Shown here: in pieces, positions 59,401 through 64,000 of the stretch | Layout of the letters: each line of letters opens with the position of its first letter | Position numbering within the stretch: position 1 is the stretch's first letter | Assembly: GCA_041661275.1 (NCBI GenBank) | Contig: JBAZUU010000004.1 | Location: forward strand, 7,480-71,479 | DNA from: Parcubacteria group bacterium | GTDB lineage: Bacteria > Patescibacteriota > Minisyncoccia > Moranbacterales > UBA2206 | Length of the DNA: 64,000 nucleotides | Direction: 5' to 3' | The notes under the pieces: model-generated | Told to the model about the DNA's origin: nothing | Database searches by the model: none | What the model saw: the letters and a program-made list of their open reading frames with translations, nothing else | Position numbers and translations under genes: made by a program

Positions 59401-60339
59401 ATGAAAAAGTTTTTCCAATACTTAATATTAATCATCCTGATTTCTATATCAGGAATAATCCTTACCAACCGGGAACCCTCTCGCGTTTTTTTTCAGAAAG
59501 TGAGAAGGACGTATATCGAAAAACCATGCACCAAGCCGATAAAATATTCCATCGGCAATGTTGATTCCAGATTCAACATAACGCAAGCCGATCTTCAAAA
59601 TACAATTCTGCAGGCGGAAAATATATGGGAAAAACCGATTGGACGAAATTTATTTGAGTATGATCCAAACTCCCAGTTTAAAATAAATTTGGTTTATGAC
59701 GACCGGCAGGAAAGGACGCAGGAATCAGCGAAGCTGGAAAACACACTTGGGAAACTGGAAAGTTCGCACGAACAAATTATCGGCCAGTATAATAATTTAA
59801 GCAGCGCGTATAAAAAAAGGCTGGATGCCTACAATAAGGCGGCGGCTGACTATGAAAAACAGCTTAAAAAATATAATGACGAAGTGGATTCCTGGAACAA
59901 AAAGGGCGGAGCGCCACCAGACGTGTACGATAATTTGAAAAAAGAAAAAAAAGATTTACAGGATACTTTTTCCACTTTGGAAAAAGAAAGAAAAGTGGTC
60001 AATAGTCTCATCGGCCAGACTAATAATCTGGTAGAACAAGAAAAAAATATTGTTAGCAATTACAATTCCAACCTTTCCAGCTATCAAAATAAATATGGTG
60101 AGCCGGTTCAGTTCGACAAGGGAGTTTATGACGGAACAAAGATCGATATTTTCCAATTCAATGAAATTGGCGATTTGCGCCTGACTATTGCTCACGAATT
60201 TGGCCATGCTTTGGGAATTGACCATCTCGAAAATCCGCAATCACTCATGTATTATCTGATGGGCGAGCAGGATCTATCTAATCCACAACTTTCAACGGAA
60301 GATATCGCGGCACTGAAAGACGTATGCAATACAAAATAG
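59401..60339 (+). CDS. Matrixin-family metalloprotease with coiled coil
   Basis: HEFGHALGIDH and Met-turn SLM; N-terminal TM. Confidence 0.85.
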   Translation: MKKFFQYLILIILISISGIILTNREPSRVFFQKVRRTYIEKPCTKPIKYSIGNVDSRFNITQADLQNTILQAENIWEKPIGRNLFEYDPNSQFKINLVYDDRQERTQESAKLENTLGKLESSHEQIIGQYNNLSSAYKKRLDAYNKAAADYEKQLKKYNDEVDSWNKKGGAPPDVYDNLKKEKKDLQDTFSTLEKERKVVNSLIGQTNNLVEQEKNIVSNYNSNLSSYQNKYGEPVQFDKGVYDGTKIDIFQFNEIGDLRLTIAHEFGHALGIDHLENPQSLMYYLMGEQDLSNPQLSTEDIAALKDVCNTK

Positions 60340-60429
60340 TTTTTTGCCAAAGCCGCTTCCTTATGTTAACGTTAGATTAGAATCATGTGGCTTTTTTTGT
60401 TTGGCTCAAATCTTAGAGGGGGAGGACTA

Positions 60430-60702
60430 ATGTCAAACGGGACAGAAGTCTTTAGTTCTTTTTCGGAATTGCAAAAAAAATGGGGCGCGATTAAGCATAT
60501 GACGTCAGTGTGTCCCAATAATTGCAGGGGGAAAACGATTGAGGAGATTCGTGATGAAATGATAAGTGGCTCTGATTTCGCAATCAGCAAAAAAATACCT
60601 TTCGTCCAGTCAGGGGGAAAAATAACAAGAGCTGATGATAATTGCGAAATTAACCCAGTAGTTCACGAAAGAGTTCTTTTTCTTCTTTTTAAAAGGCCAT
60701 AA
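60430..60702 (+). CDS. Small hypothetical protein
   Basis: SD GGAGG before ATG 60430, terminator downstream. Confidence 0.45.
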   Translation: MSNGTEVFSSFSELQKKWGAIKHMTSVCPNNCRGKTIEEIRDEMISGSDFAISKKIPFVQSGGKITRADDNCEINPVVHERVLFLLFKRP

Positions 60703-60834
60703 CCAACAACTGTTTTCTAGGCAGGGGAATCTCATTGGGTTTTCCCTGCTTTTTTATGATATAATAGCTTAAGTGGTTGCTAACAAACTTTTTCGCATTT
60801 TCGTACGTTCGTATTAATTTCGTAGTTCGTAACT

Positions 60835-62094
60835 ATGCATATAAAAATAAATCACATCGCCAAAATGGAAGGACACGCTGGGTTTATGGCGAGTGTTCTT
60901 GGCGGTGATGTAAGATCAGCCAAAATCGAAGTGCAAGAGGGGATCCGGCTTATCGAAGGAATTCTTATTGGACGCCACTATAAAGATATGCCAATTGTCG
61001 CGCAAAGGATTTGCGGGATCTGTCCGGTGGTGCACAATCTCACTGCCATAAAATCCCTGGAAAACGCTATGGGCGTAACCGTTACTGCTGAAACGGAAAA
61101 GCTGCGAACCCTTATGGAACTCGGGCAAATTATCCATTCCCACGCGCTTCATCTTTTTTTCTTGTCCCTGGCTGATTTTTTGGATATCGATAATGATATA
61201 AAACTGGTAAAAAAATATCCCGAAGAAACAAAAGCCGCGGTGAGAATTCGCGAATACGGCATGGAAATCATAAAAATTATTGGCGGACGAGTGGTTCATC
61301 CTCTCACTAATGAGGTGGGCGGATTTAAAAAGGCGCCAGATAAGGAAGAGCTGAAAAAATTATTGAATAATTCCGGAGAAATTTTAAAAACAGCACTGGA
61401 GTTAGGAAAATTTTTCAAGACTATAAAATTGCCGGAATTTTCAAGAGAAACGGAATATATATGCCTCACGAAACAAGGTGAATATGCTGTTTATGGCGGA
61501 GATATCGCGTCATCTTCCGGAAAAATAATTCCAGTTGAGAAATTCGAAAAGGATTTTTCTGAACTGGAGAAGCAGCAAGAAGTGATTAAAAAAGTAGAGC
61601 ATAATGGTCAAAGTTATATGGTAGGGGCAATTGCCAGGGTTAATATCAATAAAAATAAATTACGGGAAAATGCTCACGGATATCTAAATAGTTTAGGCTG
61701 GAAATTTCCCAATTACAACCCATTTAATAATATCCTGGCGCAGATGACCGAAGTCGTCCATTCAGTAGAAGAAAGTCAGCGTATCGTTAGAGAGCTTTTA
61801 AATATGGATCTGGAAAGAGTAGTTACTACGGAATATAAGATTCGTGCCGGAATAGGAGTGGCAGCAGTGGAAGCGCCACGAGGAACGCTATACTATCATG
61901 TAGAGGTGGATGACAAAGGCTATGTCAAAAACGTCAATATCATCACGCCAACCGCGCAATTTCTGGCTAATCTCGAAGATGACATCGCCGAATATATTCC
62001 CAAAATTATGGGATTGGGAGACAGTGAAAGACAAAGAAAACTGCGCGGATTTATCCGGGCATACGACCCGTGTATAAGTTGCGCTGTGCACTAA
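60835..62094 (+). CDS. [NiFe]-hydrogenase large subunit (group 3-type)
   Basis: EGH, L1 RICGICPVVH, EAPRG, L2 DPCISCAVH. Confidence 0.93.
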   Translation: MHIKINHIAKMEGHAGFMASVLGGDVRSAKIEVQEGIRLIEGILIGRHYKDMPIVAQRICGICPVVHNLTAIKSLENAMGVTVTAETEKLRTLMELGQIIHSHALHLFFLSLADFLDIDNDIKLVKKYPEETKAAVRIREYGMEIIKIIGGRVVHPLTNEVGGFKKAPDKEELKKLLNNSGEILKTALELGKFFKTIKLPEFSRETEYICLTKQGEYAVYGGDIASSSGKIIPVEKFEKDFSELEKQQEVIKKVEHNGQSYMVGAIARVNINKNKLRENAHGYLNSLGWKFPNYNPFNNILAQMTEVVHSVEESQRIVRELLNMDLERVVTTEYKIRAGIGVAAVEAPRGTLYYHVEVDDKGYVKNVNIITPTAQFLANLEDDIAEYIPKIMGLGDSERQRKLRGFIRAYDPCISCAVH

Positions 62095-62098
62095 AATT

Positions 62099-62371
62099 AT
62101 GCATGATTTTATGTTAGCCAAGGAAATAATAGGCAAACTTAGTGAGGTTGCCTTCAGTAAAAAACTTTCTCGCATCAAGAAAGTCTATGTTGAAATTGGG
62201 CAGATCACTATGGCTCATGATGATCATCCGGAACATACAGAAGATATTTCCATCGAAAACCTGCAATTTGGCCTGAAAAGTATTGCTAAAGATGGAATTT
62301 TCAAAAATACGGAGTTTTTTATTACCAAAGTGCCGGGCGACAATTGGAAAATAGTGGATATCGAAGTATAA
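62099..62371 (+). CDS. hypA: Truncated HypA-like nickel chaperone
   Basis: MHD N-terminus, VYVEIG; no CxxC domain. Confidence 0.7.
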   Translation: MHDFMLAKEIIGKLSEVAFSKKLSRIKKVYVEIGQITMAHDDHPEHTEDISIENLQFGLKSIAKDGIFKNTEFFITKVPGDNWKIVDIEV

Positions 62372-62376
62372 TAGAA

Positions 62377-62448
62377 TCGCATAACGCATAACGTAAAACG
62401 CGTAACGACAATAATCCGTTCCACGCTACGCGCTCTACGTTCCACGAT
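62377..62448. repeat. CATAACG-type heptamer element
   Basis: Similar to 29181-29256. Confidence 0.75.
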
Positions 62449-62451
62449 AAT

Positions 62452-63447
62452 ATGAAAATTGCAATCAATGGTTTTGGGAGGATAGGGAGACCAAGTTTTA
62501 AAATTGCCTTTGCCAATGAGAATATGGAAGTGGTGGCGATAAACGATCTCACTGATCTGAAAACGGCCGCCCATCTTTTGAAATTCGATTCGACGTACGG
62601 CCGATATGACAAAGAAGTGACGATTGATGAAGAAAATTCGGAACTGATTGTGGATGGGACGAGGATCAAATTCTTTCAGGAAAAAGAAGCGGCCAAGCTT
62701 CCCTGGAAAGAATTGGGGGTGGATGTGGTTTTGGAATGCACAGGAGTTTATGAAACAAAGGAAAAATGCGCCGAACACATAAATGCGGGGGCGAAAAAAG
62801 TTGTTCTGTCCGCGCCGCCGAAAGATGACACCCCGGTGTATCTGATCGGAGTCAATGAAAATGAATATAATGATGAGGACGTGATTTCCAATGGCTCTTG
62901 CACGACCAACTGTCTGGCGCCGATGATTAAAGTTTTGGACGACAATTTTGGAGTAGAAAAAGGATTTATGACAACCACTCATTCATATACCAATGACCAA
63001 AGAGTGCAGGATCTGCCGCATAAGGATCTACGGCGCGCCCGAGCAGCAGCTTTGAATATTATTCCGACAACAACAGGAGCCGCTAAAACTGTCGGAAAAG
63101 TAATTCGACATCTCGAAGGACAACTGGATGGAATTTCTCTTCGCGTTCCGACACCGGTGGTTTCTATTGTTGATTTTATCTGCACCCTAAAAAAAGAGGC
63201 GAGTGCGGAAGAGATAAATAATGCTTTTTCTGAAGCGGCGAGTGGTGCTATGAAGGGGATCATGGCAGTGAGCGTTGATGATTGTGTCTCGATGGATTTT
63301 AAAAAAGATTCCAATAGCGCGATTGTTGATCTACAACTTACGATGGCCAATGGCAATCTGACCAAAGTGGTCGGTTGGTATGATAACGAATGGGGATATT
63401 CATGTAGGTTGGTGGAGATGGCGGAGTTTATCAGTCAGAACCACTGA
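62452..63447 (+). CDS. gap: Glyceraldehyde-3-phosphate dehydrogenase type I
   Basis: INGFGRIGR, SCTTNCL, WYDNEWG. Confidence 0.98.
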   Translation: MKIAINGFGRIGRPSFKIAFANENMEVVAINDLTDLKTAAHLLKFDSTYGRYDKEVTIDEENSELIVDGTRIKFFQEKEAAKLPWKELGVDVVLECTGVYETKEKCAEHINAGAKKVVLSAPPKDDTPVYLIGVNENEYNDEDVISNGSCTTNCLAPMIKVLDDNFGVEKGFMTTTHSYTNDQRVQDLPHKDLRRARAAALNIIPTTTGAAKTVGKVIRHLEGQLDGISLRVPTPVVSIVDFICTLKKEASAEEINNAFSEAASGAMKGIMAVSVDDCVSMDFKKDSNSAIVDLQLTMANGNLTKVVGWYDNEWGYSCRLVEMAEFISQNH

Positions 63448-63494
63448 TTATCACTGATCAACACGTGATTTCACTTGAAGAAATAAAAATAAAA

Positions 63495-63779
63495 ATGAGA
63501 ATAGATGAAATAAAAAAAGAGGAATTTCTTTTGGGATTATTAGTGCCCGTCTTTATTGTTATTGGGGTTTCGCTTTTGAACATTTTCGATTTTCTTTATC
63601 TTTTTTTCCCACCACTTCTTATCATAGTATTTTTAATCACGCTTTTTTGGAAAAAATGGGGGACGACTGGGGGAATAATAGCATTCGTAGCTTTATCCTA
63701 TCTTGTTCATTGGTTTATTCCTATTTTTTGGGGTTGGATTATGGCGGATAACGAACTTATAAAACGCCTAATGAAATAA
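63495..63779 (+). CDS. Hypothetical membrane protein
   Basis: Three hydrophobic segments. Confidence 0.55.
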   Translation: MRIDEIKKEEFLLGLLVPVFIVIGVSLLNIFDFLYLFFPPLLIIVFLITLFWKKWGTTGGIIAFVALSYLVHWFIPIFWGWIMADNELIKRLMK

Positions 63780-63782
63780 AAA

Positions 63783-64000
63783 ATGTTTGATATATTAATA
63801 AAAAACGGAACAGTGATTGACGGAACAGGCAAGGCCATGTATCGAGCCGATGTTGGAATAAAAGAAGATAAAATATCAAAGATAGGGGAATTACACAACG
63901 AAAAAGGGCGCGTGGAAATAGAAGCTTATGGCAAAATGGTTTGTCCGGGCTTTATCGATGTCAACAATCACAGTGACACATACTGGCAATTATTTTTAGA
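63783..64000 (+). CDS. Amidohydrolase (D-aminoacylase-like), partial at window edge
   Basis: MFDILIKNGTVIDGTG..ADVGI..PGFIDVNNHSD. Confidence 0.8.
   Translation, partial: MFDILIKNGTVIDGTGKAMYRADVGIKEDKISKIGELHNEKGRVEIEAYGKMVCPGFIDVNNHSDTYWQLFL

Noticed and set aside
59401-60339. Hydrogenase maturation protease
   Set aside because: It is a membrane-anchored metzincin, not HycI/HybD type, and the large subunit has no extension to cleave
62060-62094. [NiFeSe] hydrogenase
   Set aside because: Both L2 ligands are Cys codons; no in-frame TGA

Overview
AT-rich bacterial core-genome window, standard genetic code. It is most consistent with Patescibacteria/CPR (Parcubacteria, Moranbacteria-like; inferred from no uL30 in the spc operon, a minimal TsaB, SD-less core genes and a group-3-type NiFe hydrogenase). 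It carries guaA, rpoB-rpoC, ftsK-rodZ-recA, ndk, a split str operon, the S10-spc operon to secY-adk-map, and a galT-tpiA-fba-hydrogenase-gap cluster. Most notable: (1) two orphan nuclease-like genes (a DUF3800 gene with one internal TAA, missed by the ORF track, and a MazF/PemK with no protein antitoxin), each next to small minus-strand structured RNAs with their own promoter and terminator; (2) a hydrogenase locus pairing NuoE/NuoF-like subunits and an H-cluster-less [FeFe] HydA relic with a [NiFe] small/large pair and reduced maturases, inside glycolysis genes; (3) several families of palindromic elements that fill most long gaps of the ribosomal operon, overlap stop codons, form doublets with a fixed 32-nt spacer and insert in frame into rplV, ruvX and nuoF; (4) a perfect 59-bp duplication of the rpoC 3' end bracketing an AAA-ATPase gene. 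All calls come from reading the sequence; no database searches were run.
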